From a virus (Duplodnaviria > Caudoviricetes), in the IMG/VR virus record IMGVR_UViG_3300033434_000004, positions 1 through 50,283 of that record: a stretch of 50,283 nt of DNA; one strand, 5' to 3'. The notes below the pieces were generated by a model. The model did no database searches. It was not told the DNA's origin and was given only the letters and a program-made list of their open reading frames with translations. This document shows, piece by piece, positions 1 through 7,994 of this stretch. The translations under genes and the position numbers were made by a program. The first letter of the stretch is position 1. Every line of letters begins with the position of its first letter.

Positions 1-35
1 ATTGCGTGTAACTTGTAAACGTTTATAGAAAGACT

Positions 36-70
36 AAGGGATACGAGGCTTCGCAGCCTGTATCCCTTTT
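36..70 (-). terminator. Hairpin terminator downstream of the tRNA 3' end (host side of att)
   Basis: AAGGGATAC-G-AGGCT-TCGC-AGCCT-GTATCCCTT inverted repeat next to the tRNA CCA end. Confidence 0.7.
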
Positions 71-76
71 ATTTTC

Positions 77-127
77 TGGTGACACACCGGGGAATCGAAC
101 CCCGAACCTACTGATTAAGAGTCAGTT
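77..127 (-). tRNA. 3' fragment of tRNA-Lys(CTT) = prophage att core duplication (not a full tRNA)
   Basis: Minus strand AACTGACT-CTT-AATCAG...GGTTCGATTCC...TCACCA: anticodon arm, T arm and CCA present; D arm and 5' acceptor strand absent. Confidence 0.9.
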
Positions 128-187
128 ATTGTGTGGATTTTAGCTATGCTGTTCGGCCCTTACAGCTCTTGGGTGCTTCGATGATAT

Positions 188-228
188 GTTGTCAAAGTCA
201 GTTGCTGGTTTGACAACTTTTTGACAAC
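188..228. promoter_or_regulatory. Putative tyrosine-integrase arm-type binding sites
   Basis: TTTGACAAC direct repeats at 209-217 and 220-228, inverted copy GTTGTCAAA at 188-196, 60-100 bp inside the att core. Confidence 0.6.
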
Positions 229-254
229 TCTGCGACTATTCAGTAATGATAAAC

Positions 255-452
255 TTAGCTGGTTTTGACACCAAACACCTTGCTAATGATATTAGTAATA
301 GGTTTGTTGTCACCGTCTTGTTTCAGCATCAATGCGGCCAACACAGGGTTATAGTCACCAGATACGCAGTTATTCTCTAATTCATGCTCGTAATCACACG
401 CCCCGCAGCATTGGCAGACCGAGCATTTTCTAACTATGTTACTGTAACTCAC
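255..452 (-). CDS. Small Cys-rich hypothetical phage protein
   Basis: ORF overlaps the stop of the upstream gene; CxxCxxCxxC cluster. Confidence 0.65.
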   Translation of the reverse strand: MSYSNIVRKCSVCQCCGACDYEHELENNCVSGDYNPVLAALMLKQDGDNKPITNIISKVFGVKTS

Positions 453-772
453 TATAGTTGTGCCTCCTTGATAAATTTAACCAGTTTACAATTTGAATCA
501 TGCCCTACCTTGTAGGAGCTGTAGCAAGAAGGGTGCAGGTACTTATCTGTTATTTCCACTATCTTACCGCAAACTCGACAACGTATGCAGTCCGGACCTT
601 CCCGGTCGTCTTTTACCTCAGTAAACCCTAGAGTTTTTAGTAGTTCCTTTATTTCGATCAGTTCTTGTTGAGCCACCTTAATTTCGTTCAGCATTAAATT
701 ATATTCCCGTTCTTCTCCATGATACAGGTTTACGTGTATTTCCGCGTCATACAATGCTTTCTCAATTTTCAT
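452..772 (-). CDS. Hypothetical protein with CxxC...H...C motif
   Basis: AAGGAGG RBS upstream; operon context. Confidence 0.75.
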   Translation of the reverse strand: MKIEKALYDAEIHVNLYHGEEREYNLMLNEIKVAQQELIEIKELLKTLGFTEVKDDREGPDCIRCRVCGKIVEITDKYLHPSCYSSYKVGHDSNCKLVKFIKEAQL

Positions 773-802
773 TTAGATTCCTCCTTAAACCCCTGCGCAA
801 AT

Positions 803-1003
803 TCAATTAACTCGTTTAATGTTGGAGCAGCGATTAAATAAAACCCAGCTCTGCTTTGTTTTACCGGTTATTTCATAAGGGTTCCAACCAACAGGAAGCT
901 CAGGGTAATCCCGGTCACGTCCATGCATCTGGGAACTGTATGATCTGTACGATCTGTTGTTGTTGTTGCTGTGATAACCGTATATCGTTTGACCTACTTT
1001 CAT
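803..1003 (-). CDS. Hypothetical phage protein
   Basis: AAGGAGG RBS upstream of ATG. Confidence 0.6.
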   Translation of the reverse strand: MKVGQTIYGYHSNNNNRSYRSYSSQMHGRDRDYPELPVGWNPYEITGKTKQSWVLFNRCSNIKRVN

Positions 1004-1016
1004 TTAATTGGCCTCC

Positions 1017-1214
1017 TTATTTTATTGTCATCTTAGGCTCCCCATATAAAGCCCGAAGACCGGCGCGGGTTATTACCCAAGTACCGCCTATCTTCTTGTA
1101 AAACCCTAATGGGAATTTACCATCTCTACAGTCTTTTTTAACTTTATCTGTAGACAAGCCGTAAAGTTGGGCTGCAACTGGAGGCGTAAATATATCGTTG
1201 AGATTGATAGTCAA
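1017..1214 (-). CDS. Small HTH DNA-binding protein (paralogue of 38450 and 38734 products)
   Basis: AAxxYGL...KKIGGTWVITRAGLRALYGEP excisionase/HTH-like pattern; GGGGGTGG RBS. Confidence 0.75.
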   Translation of the reverse strand: MTINLNDIFTPPVAAQLYGLSTDKVKKDCRDGKFPLGFYKKIGGTWVITRAGLRALYGEPKMTIK

Positions 1215-1453
1215 CCACCCCCAACTCCCTAAAGTTTTCGCGTAACGAATTCGTGAAAACGTAACGTTTTCGTTAACCCATTATCTTACATTATCTACAA
1301 ATAGCCCCTTGGGATAATTTTACATGGATTATTTTTACTTATATGGGTTAAAGTTGAAAGTGAAAAAAGTGTCGAAATAACGAATTCGTTAATGTGTTTC
1401 CGTATAGCCAATATCATCAAACCCTTACAGCTTCTCGGGTTCTTCGGGGTTCT

Positions 1454-1705
1454 GTAGAAAAAATATATAAATCGATTTTATTTAAGCCCCTTATAGAACG
1501 TTTTCTGTTTACCAATACAGTAAGGAGTAAAGCGAAAAGAAAACCATCTTAAAAAATCAAATTATATATATATTATTATTAATATATTATTATTAATATA
1601 TTATAGATATAGATATATTAATAATATAGATATAAGTATTCTATAGATATAAGTATTAAGTTAAAGAGTAGTTTGATTAAGGTTTTGAAAGTTAAAAAGC
1701 TGTAA
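1454..1705. repeat. AT-rich non-coding element, copy A (inverted homologue at about 37700-37993)
   Basis: 1464-1512 matches reverse complement of 37934-37982 at 37/49 ungapped (manual count); followed by TA/TAT microrepeats. Confidence 0.7.
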
Positions 1706-1862
1706 GTATTATTTTAGGTCCGTCACGGTGTTTCGGTACACAGCTCCGGTACGTTCTGTCGCGGGGCTACCTGTTCGCCTCGTAGCAGGGCTGTATTGCC
1801 TTGAATTTTGCGTTTCGTGTAATAGGGAACCCTGCGTTTTACAGCAGGGTTTCGGCTTTTGG

Positions 1863-2588
1863 TTACGCGGTTAGTTGATGAATTTGCATTGAAGCCTCTA
1901 AGACCTGTAGATTGATCTGTAATTCTGGTACGTCTGGATAAGGTGCTTCTAGCGGCCACTCTGCAGCTAGAGGCTTTGGTCCGGCTTGGTAGTACCTAAA
2001 TAGCTTCAATGAGATAACTTCCCCAAGTTTCGGTTTTACTCCAATCTCTTCTTGAACTGTTTGTTCCTTTAGCTGTTCTAGGTCTTCGTAGGGCATTGGT
2101 GATAACCCGCGCTGCATAGCTTCCAGCATGACGTCCAACGAAACACGGTTTTCGATGCTGTCTGCTAGAGAGTCGTATGTGTCTAATATAGTAAGTGTTG
2201 CTCGTGGCATTTGGTCTAACGGGATAATGTCGGAGGCTTTAAGGGTTAGCTGCGCTTCCATCTCATCAAATTTAGTGACGTACGCAGCCGTGAACAGTAC
2301 GCCCTTCTCACCTGTTAGCTTGTTAGCAACCATGTCGCAGCCTTTTTTGGTTACTAAGTAGTAAATACGCTTCTCACCTTTACCATCTGTATAGGTGTCC
2401 TCGATGAAAAAATCCCGAGAATCAAACTTTGGTTTTTCAACCAATCCAGAATTGGATTCGTTGATTATTTTAGTGTAACCCCTAATGCTCCGCAGTAGGT
2501 GCCAATGTTCTTTCCCTATCATCTTAGCTACTTGTCTGCTATCAACCAATAGCTTACCTTGTTCTTGCACAATCGCTAAATCTTCCAA
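1863..2588 (-). CDS. rha: Rha family phage regulatory protein
   Basis: DSRQVAKMIGKEHWHLLRSI...FFIEDTY.DGKGE.R..Y..TKKGCDMVANKLTGEKG..FTAAYV..F.EME signature. Confidence 0.9.
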   Translation of the reverse strand: MEDLAIVQEQGKLLVDSRQVAKMIGKEHWHLLRSIRGYTKIINESNSGLVEKPKFDSRDFFIEDTYTDGKGEKRIYYLVTKKGCDMVANKLTGEKGVLFTAAYVTKFDEMEAQLTLKASDIIPLDQMPRATLTILDTYDSLADSIENRVSLDVMLEAMQRGLSPMPYEDLEQLKEQTVQEEIGVKPKLGEVISLKLFRYYQAGPKPLAAEWPLEAPYPDVPELQINLQVLEASMQIHQLTA

Positions 2589-2691
2589 TGTACCGCCCCT
2601 TTTTCAATTATTAGCACTGACAAACATCAGAAGGTATGTTAAGATGTATCTGACATATTGATCACCTCCCTTCTCCACTTTTCGTGGAACG

Positions 2692-2720
2692 TAAGCGCCG
2701 AATATAGCCGGCGCTTATTT
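2692..2720. terminator. Hairpin after excisionase-like gene
   Basis: TAAGCGCCG/CGGCGCTTA inverted repeat. Confidence 0.5.
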
Positions 2721-2915
2721 TTGTTCCTGCTTTTCTACATTTGGGTTGTGGTTTAAAAACGTCAGCTCTTTCACTGGTATAATAATTCTGTTCCCTAATC
2801 TTCTAGAAGGGATTTGCCCGTCACTAATACGGTTGTAGACTGTGGCTAACGAAATACCTAATACTTTAGCCAGCTTCTTTGGATTCGTGAACATGTTATC
2901 TTCTAATACTTCCAC
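2715..2915 (-). CDS. Excisionase-family HTH DNA-binding protein
   Basis: LAKVLGISLATVYNRISDGQIPSRRLGNRIIIP; near the att end. Confidence 0.85.
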   Translation of the reverse strand: MEVLEDNMFTNPKKLAKVLGISLATVYNRISDGQIPSRRLGNRIIIPVKELTFLNHNPNVEKQEQK

Positions 2916-2953
2916 TTAAACACTACCTTTCTAACTGGTGTTAATGTGTCTAC

Positions 2954-2982
2954 ATTATAGTTCCACGAAACGCGGAAGTCAA
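2954..2982 (-). promoter_or_regulatory. sigmaA-type promoter for xis-like/rha operon with operator in spacer
   Basis: TTGACT-N17-TATAAT; spacer overlaps TTCCGCGTTTCGTGGAA. Confidence 0.85.
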
Positions 2983-2991
2983 CACCATAAA

Positions 2992-3029
2992 TAAAAAAAA
3001 TCCCCACAGCCCTTAAAGCTGCAGGGATT
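2992..3029 (-). terminator. Intrinsic terminator after secreted-protein gene
   Basis: ATCCCTGCAGC...GCTGTGGGGAT stem followed by a T run on the minus strand. Confidence 0.7.
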
Positions 3030-3033
3030 CGAA

Positions 3034-3435
3034 TTACGAATTAATTTCTACGGGTTTTGCATACACACGAATTAAGGCATCCGTAGCTAAGTCAATAGCA
3101 GAACCTTGTCCGATCTTCATCCACTTTGTTGGGCGGCCAAATGTGTTGATTACTTTCTTCTGCTGCTTATCATATGTATATCCTTCATCCATTCGGAATT
3201 CGAGCGTTTTTGTATTAACTACTGTACACGCTACGTCTATAGTGTTCTTGTTGTCAACGGCTAATGTAAACGTTAGCAGATCCCCAGCCTGTGATTGCAC
3301 ACTGTTAATGTCTACGCTATACGCCGATCCACCTCTCGTAACAAGGTATTCCCACTGAGGATTACTTGCTGCGTGGCTCGTACTTACAGCTCCCACTATT
3401 ACGAGCATAAGTATTACTGTTATTCTTTTTAACAT
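3034..3435 (-). CDS. Secreted/periplasmic moron-like protein (start reassigned to MLKRIT)
   Basis: GAGGGGGTG RBS before ATG 3435; signal peptide ending SHA; own promoter and terminator. Confidence 0.75.
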   Translation of the reverse strand: MLKRITVILMLVIVGAVSTSHAASNPQWEYLVTRGGSAYSVDINSVQSQAGDLLTFTLAVDNKNTIDVACTVVNTKTLEFRMDEGYTYDKQQKKVINTFGRPTKWMKIGQGSAIDLATDALIRVYAKPVEINS

Positions 3436-3478
3436 TAACTGCACCCCCTCTTTTTTCATATATTGTTTACTTGTCCCT

Positions 3479-3507
3479 AGTATAATTCCACTTTTTGTGG
3501 TGGTCAA
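3479..3507 (-). promoter_or_regulatory. sigmaA-type promoter for moron gene
   Basis: TTGACC-N17-TATACT. Confidence 0.8.
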
Positions 3508-3516
3508 TACTTGAAA

Positions 3517-3614
3517 TAAAAAATAGAGCGACGTCTTTCGACGCCCCTCTGCAAAACCGCCTGTGCCGTTTTTCTAGTTGCTTTAATATTATACATATTT
3601 ATGGGGATAGTCAA
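3517..3614 (-). ncRNA. Candidate small RNA of about 65 nt with own promoter and terminator
   Basis: TTGACT-N17-TAATAT (3586-3614), then a short transcript ending in a GAAA-capped stem plus T run. Confidence 0.4.
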
Positions 3615-3721
3615 TAAAAAGAAATGCCCCTACAGCTTTAAGAGCCGCAGGGGTTTTAAAATGCCTCACCCTGGTCCGCGTCAATGAGAGGCGTAGTGGA
3701 TTTTGTCGTATGCATTATAAC

Positions 3722-4153
3722 CTATTTAACAGCCAGATACAAGGCTAATCCGGCAAACAGATTACGTTGCCAGGTTAGTCTAGTTTTCTCACTCTTGACC
3801 TCTTGCTCGTACTTCTGCAAGGATTCGTTGGCAATCTTTAATAAGGCTTGCGCTGTCGTTAAGTCTGTCTTTGCTAGTGTCGATTCGTTCTTCAACTGTA
3901 GCAACTGATTCTGCAGTGTCTTTAAGTCCGCTTGATATTTCTCCAACTTTTGTCGCGCTGTCTGTAAGTCCGTTTTCGATAGTTCCAAGTCGGTTAATAA
4001 CTGACTGTTGAGATTTTGCAACTGTATCAAGTTGCTGTCCAATTGCGTCAGTTCTGTCTCGCTGATCTGATACATAGCCGAACAAATACCAGGTTGTACC
4101 AGTAACAAGAAGCAAAGCAACAATATAGATAGTAATTTTGGTACGCGTATCAA
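3722..4153 (-). CDS. Signal-peptide coiled-coil protein, spanin-like
   Basis: GGGGGTG RBS before TTG; hydrophobic N-terminus, heptad repeats, hydrophobic C-tail; end of lysis region. Confidence 0.7.
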   Translation of the reverse strand: MIRVPKLLSILLLCFLLLVQPGICSAMYQISETELTQLDSNLIQLQNLNSQLLTDLELSKTDLQTARQKLEKYQADLKTLQNQLLQLKNESTLAKTDLTTAQALLKIANESLQKYEQEVKSEKTRLTWQRNLFAGLALYLAVK

Positions 4154-4163
4154 TACTTATCAC
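3789..4163 (-). CDS. N-terminally anchored coiled-coil protein, i-spanin-like, overlapping 3722-4153 in another frame
   Basis: Single N-terminal TM segment, periplasmic coiled coil, Cys near C-terminus. Confidence 0.55.
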   Translation of the reverse strand: MISIDTRTKITIYIVALLLVTGTTWYLFGYVSDQRDRTDAIGQQLDTVAKSQQSVINRLGTIENGLTDSATKVGEISSGLKDTAESVATVEERIDTSKDRLNDSASLIKDCQRILAEVRARGQE

Positions 4164-4166
4164 CCC

Positions 4167-4439
4167 CTAGAAATGATTTACTCTATCAAGAAGTTCATGG
4201 TGCTTGGCATCATTAAAGGCATCAACATCTGCGAGGTAGCCTGATATACGCCGGAGCCTTTTAATTGGAGAACGTTCTACAGCCTTAATAACTAGTTCGT
4301 CGCCCTCTATGGAAATGGTTACTGAGGACAGAGTTTTACTCTTCATCTCCCATAAAGCTTTTTCCTCCGCTACTATTTGCTCGATTTCGGCATACGATAT
4401 ATCGTTGTCGGCAACTACTTTAATACCATCTATTAGCAT
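4167..4439 (-). CDS. Small protein ending in the NrdD (class III RNR) glycyl-radical C-terminal motif
   Basis: RLRRISGYL...FNDAK..E..DRV.H matches NrdD C-terminus; GGGAG RBS. Confidence 0.8.
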   Translation of the reverse strand: MLIDGIKVVADNDISYAEIEQIVAEEKALWEMKSKTLSSVTISIEGDELVIKAVERSPIKRLRRISGYLADVDAFNDAKHHELLDRVNHF

Positions 4440-4487
4440 AATCTACAGCTCCCAATTCTCGTTTTTGGTTTATATTGTTATGGTAAG

Positions 4488-4525
4488 TTAAAATGCGTGG
4501 CCCCCGTTCCCAGGGGCCGCGCATT
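4488..4525 (-). terminator. GC-rich terminator after tail gene
   Basis: AATGCGCGGCCCC/GGGGCCACGCATT stem then TTT. Confidence 0.65.
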
Positions 4526-4603
4526 ACTCGGTACTGTGTTGATGACTCAGTAATATGGTGCGCATATACACACGCTGTACAGGCATTTTAAGGATGTTTG
4601 ATG

Positions 4604-6130
4604 TTAACCAATTTCAGTTTCGACACCTTCACTTGTCAGTTTATAAATTTTACCATCAGTTTTAGCATAGATTTTTAAACTTCCGGCAGCGGGGTTAGCG
4701 GGAGTCGCAGATTGTTCAACAAATGTAGCAATAGGTGCGTCTAATTTCCCGTCTAACGCCGTAGCAATGTTGTCCAAAGCGTCTTTAGTTGTGGCACCGC
4801 TAATGCTTGAATTGTTTTTCTGATCAACATCGTGGTCACCTAAAACTTGAGTACCGGTCAGCGTGTCACTTGTCTCTGATCTGTACACATCGGATAGCGC
4901 GAACAGGCAATCACCTGTTTTTGTAATGTACATAAAATCATTATTCGTGTTTCGCATTTTCGCGTTTTTAAGTTCGAGATATGAACCGCTTGCACTTGTG
5001 GCCGTGGAATTTACAGCCAGAGTGTCAGACGTTCTCCAACATTCAAACAGCCCATTGATGTACAGTTTACCTGTTGTATGGTTTATCTGGTTATATCTTT
5101 GTGCTTCGTATATCCAAACCTTGCAGAACGTGTTCATGTTTAGTACAAATTCGCCTGCTAGTTGCCTGGTGAACTTAAGTGTCATTCCGGTATTACTTGA
5201 ATCACAATCTACAATACCGCCTACATAACAGTCGTAAAACTCAGTCCATCTTTGATTTGCGCCTATAATATTTACAGCCTTGCCGCTTGCACCACAGATA
5301 AACGATGCGTTCTGGTTGTAATGTCTGCCCTGAGTCCCATTATACGTTAAAATATAATCATCAGCTAGAGCAGTCATAATGGTATCTTTAAACCTGATTC
5401 TTGTAGATGTTCCGCTAACCACATGATTACCTGTAATATTACTTTGCTGACTATCGTTTACGCCAACACCTATAACAGTTATGTTTTGAACATTATTAAA
5501 TACTAAATTTTCGTTGATATAGTGGTCAAAGTAGATGATTTTATGATCGGAAATTGTGCCATACAAGTCAATTACATGCTGTACCGTCTTAAACGGATTT
5601 GCTCTTGAGCCAACACCCGTAGTATCACTACCGACTAAATCACTTACCCAGTATTCTTGATCTCTTTTAAAGTTCGTATCTGTATCTAATGCTGTTTGTA
5701 GTACCTTACCTTGTTTGGCAGACAATACCTTTGTAGCGTCATCGGTTGTTAAATTGTCCGCAATAGAACTGTTGAGTAATACGTCAGGATCTTCAGCTAT
5801 TTCCGTCCACCCGCCGCGTGTTACCTCAGCAGCGTTAAATGTTGTTCCTGATGTTCCGGCAACGGTTGCATAGGCAAAGTCACCTATGCCCAATGTGCCG
5901 ACACTGGCAGGAACGCGGATCATAGCATTAATCGGATAAACTGTAGCTGCTTGCCATAAAGTTATTCCCGCTGCTGCGCTGGCACTGCCTGCAAAAGATT
6001 CTATTACGCCAGCGGAGTTTTTATACTTTATTGCTGTTTCACCTGGTAACTGCACAAACGATTCGTTAGGTACTGCCGCTTGCTCAGTAGCGGTTTGTGG
6101 ATGGTTAATAATGGCGAATCCTTGTCTCAT
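4604..6130 (-). CDS. Tail fibre/tailspike-like protein with probable beta-helix
   Basis: DNLTTDDATKVLSAKQGKVL fibre motif; GSDTTGVGSRANPFKTVQH beta-helix cap motif; AGGAG RBS. Confidence 0.7.
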   Translation of the reverse strand: MRQGFAIINHPQTATEQAAVPNESFVQLPGETAIKYKNSAGVIESFAGSASAAAGITLWQAATVYPINAMIRVPASVGTLGIGDFAYATVAGTSGTTFNAAEVTRGGWTEIAEDPDVLLNSSIADNLTTDDATKVLSAKQGKVLQTALDTDTNFKRDQEYWVSDLVGSDTTGVGSRANPFKTVQHVIDLYGTISDHKIIYFDHYINENLVFNNVQNITVIGVGVNDSQQSNITGNHVVSGTSTRIRFKDTIMTALADDYILTYNGTQGRHYNQNASFICGASGKAVNIIGANQRWTEFYDCYVGGIVDCDSSNTGMTLKFTRQLAGEFVLNMNTFCKVWIYEAQRYNQINHTTGKLYINGLFECWRTSDTLAVNSTATSASGSYLELKNAKMRNTNNDFMYITKTGDCLFALSDVYRSETSDTLTGTQVLGDHDVDQKNNSSISGATTKDALDNIATALDGKLDAPIATFVEQSATPANPAAGSLKIYAKTDGKIYKLTSEGVETEIG

Positions 6131-6179
6131 AATTACACACTCCTTTTAATTATGAGTCGCGAAGGACTTCGTTATTTTG

Positions 6180-7508
6180 CTATTCTTTTGCTAAGTGTAA
6201 TTCTACATCTCGCAATGTTCCACCAGAAACGTAATTAATAATCAGCATTTCACCGGCACCTATGTTTAAAGTAGAAGGGAAATCTAGCCTACCACCTGTT
6301 AAAGTACCACTCGATACAGTGTTCGCAGGGATTGTAATGTTTCGGCTTTGACCTGTAATCGCATTTGTAAAAGCAATTACGACTGCCGTGCTGCTGGGTT
6401 GGCCAATATCAAATGTAACATGTGTATAGTTAGTTGACGCTTTGTGGTACATTCCGTATGCTAATCCAGTACCAAAAGACAATGATCTCCGGCGATATTC
6501 ATATATTGATATTGGGCCATAGGCGGATACTGCATCAATTATTCTTCGGCACCAATATGCTTCTATTGGCGTTGTTGACGGTGCCAATGTTAGTGTTTTC
6601 TTTCCCCAATCAGTTGGAATACTCCATCTTCTGTAAAAGTATGTCGGAGTAGAACTGTGAGTCGTAGACACGTCTGTAAAGTTGTTACTTTCATCCACAT
6701 AATCCGTAAATTCTTTCCATGTATTGTCAGTAGCTAAGTACTCTACGCTTACCGTGTATACGGATGGTATTCCTCTGTATACGGCGTCATATACACCTGT
6801 TGTAAGTCCAGAAAATCCAAACCTAGATTCGCTTCCGACAAGTGGGAACATTGTTGCTGTATCAAATGTGGAATTTGTTAACGATTCATTAGTAATGTCC
6901 GTAAAATCATGCCAAGCATTACTGGTAGAATCAACCATCCATACATGCTTAATTTTTGGTGAAGTTGTTTTTGCTGTTAGATTTTTAGGTCTAATAACAA
7001 GATATTGCCGTTTTGTTGCTCCGAATTCGGGTGCAATTGCGGCTCTGTTTGTATTGCCTAGAAAACTTATCTCATATACTCCCGCTGCTGCCCTAAATCC
7101 ATCTGTATTATCTACAAGATTTTGAACAGATACAAGAGTTTCCCCGTCAGTGCTTTCCATGACCTCTAGCCCGTCACCATCCCATACGCCAGGGGTTGTG
7201 ATATGCACATATATTTTGTTGACATTTTTGTCATCATCCGAAATCCACAATTCATCATTTAATCCAAATGACGAATTGTCACCCCAGGGTAGGAATTGAT
7301 CATCAACATCAGCTACAGCATCAGCAGAAATGTCAGTGTAGTATGTTCCTGTTGTCCCAGTATCCTTGCGTGTGGCGTGGATATTAGTGGATAATAGTAA
7401 ATTATTGTATGAAGCTATTAATTGAGAACGATTCATACCTCCTCTTACTACACCATCGTTTAATTCACCACTATTTTCGCCTATTTCTGCAATATTTATA
7501 TCTAACAC
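6180..7508 (-). CDS. Beta-rich hypothetical, probably virion/receptor-binding protein
   Basis: 442 aa, T/S/D/aromatic-rich; AAGGAGG RBS; upstream of tail fibre gene. Confidence 0.6.
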   Translation of the reverse strand: MLDINIAEIGENSGELNDGVVRGGMNRSQLIASYNNLLLSTNIHATRKDTGTTGTYYTDISADAVADVDDQFLPWGDNSSFGLNDELWISDDDKNVNKIYVHITTPGVWDGDGLEVMESTDGETLVSVQNLVDNTDGFRAAAGVYEISFLGNTNRAAIAPEFGATKRQYLVIRPKNLTAKTTSPKIKHVWMVDSTSNAWHDFTDITNESLTNSTFDTATMFPLVGSESRFGFSGLTTGVYDAVYRGIPSVYTVSVEYLATDNTWKEFTDYVDESNNFTDVSTTHSSTPTYFYRRWSIPTDWGKKTLTLAPSTTPIEAYWCRRIIDAVSAYGPISIYEYRRRSLSFGTGLAYGMYHKASTNYTHVTFDIGQPSSTAVVIAFTNAITGQSRNITIPANTVSSGTLTGGRLDFPSTLNIGAGEMLIINYVSGGTLRDVELHLAKE

Positions 7509-7511
7509 AAA

Positions 7512-7548
7512 AAGCCCTCCTTTACTATTTTAGCTTCGGAGAGCTTCG
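7512..7548 (-). promoter_or_regulatory. RBS-sequestering hairpin, putative Com target
   Basis: AAGCUCUCC pairs with GGAGGGCUU, which includes the RBS of the 7508 gene; CGAAGCT repeated twice. Confidence 0.6.
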
Positions 7549-7558
7549 ATTAGTTATA

Positions 7559-7720
7559 TTACTGTTGGTTTTTTAATGGTATTTTAGTTATAGTATTACA
7601 CTTCTCCCCCTTTGTAGAAATACCTCTTCTTGTACATAGTATTTCTAAGTTATTTTTCTTTTCCACGGCAAGTAATTTACCGCATTTAGGGCATCGGTGC
7701 TGTTTTGGGTTATCATCCAG
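7559..7720 (-). CDS. Com-family zinc-finger translational regulator (53 aa, not in ORF track; CTG start assumed)
   Basis: Translated: LDDNPKQHRCPKCGKLLAVEKKNNLEILCTRRGISTKGEKCNTITKIPLKNQQ; GGAGG 8 nt before CTG. Confidence 0.75.
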   Translation of the reverse strand: MDDNPKQHRCPKCGKLLAVEKKNNLEILCTRRGISTKGEKCNTITKIPLKNQQ

Positions 7721-7812
7721 TTTGCACACCTCCAATTTGCTAGAATCTATTTAGCTGATAAACACACACCTTAGCAAATAGATTCTGCTGTCATGTTAGT
7801 CTAATCTTCTCT

Positions 7813-7971
7813 TTAAAACCAACCTAGCAAGCTTGCGGTGCCATATACAGCCAAAACAGCAACCGCTACACCTACAAATACCTGCGTCTTGGTAAAGTTG
7901 TGTTTATTGGCCTTTTCTTCGGCCCATTCGTCAACCTTAGTTGCGGCCGCTTTGATTTCTTCTTTATCCAT
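7813..7971 (-). CDS. 52-aa C-terminal TM protein in lysis region (not in ORF track)
   Basis: MDKEEIKAAATKVDEWAEEKANKHNFTKTQVFVGVAVAVLAVYGTASLLGWF; GAAGGGGG RBS. Confidence 0.75.
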   Translation of the reverse strand: MDKEEIKAAATKVDEWAEEKANKHNFTKTQVFVGVAVAVLAVYGTASLLGWF

Positions 7972-7994
7972 AGTTAAATCCCCCTTCAAAATAA

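Noticed and set aside
77-150. Complete tRNA-Lys gene
   Set aside because: Similarity stops at 127; no D arm or 5' acceptor strand, so it is an att duplication.
1723-1959. 78-aa ORF overlapping the end of rha
   Set aside because: No RBS, overlaps rha, and runs through a hairpin and an operator; probably non-coding.
2600-2670. Type I toxin-like peptide after a strong GGGAGGTG RBS
   Set aside because: The ATG gives only MSDTS*; the hydrophobic frame has no start codon.
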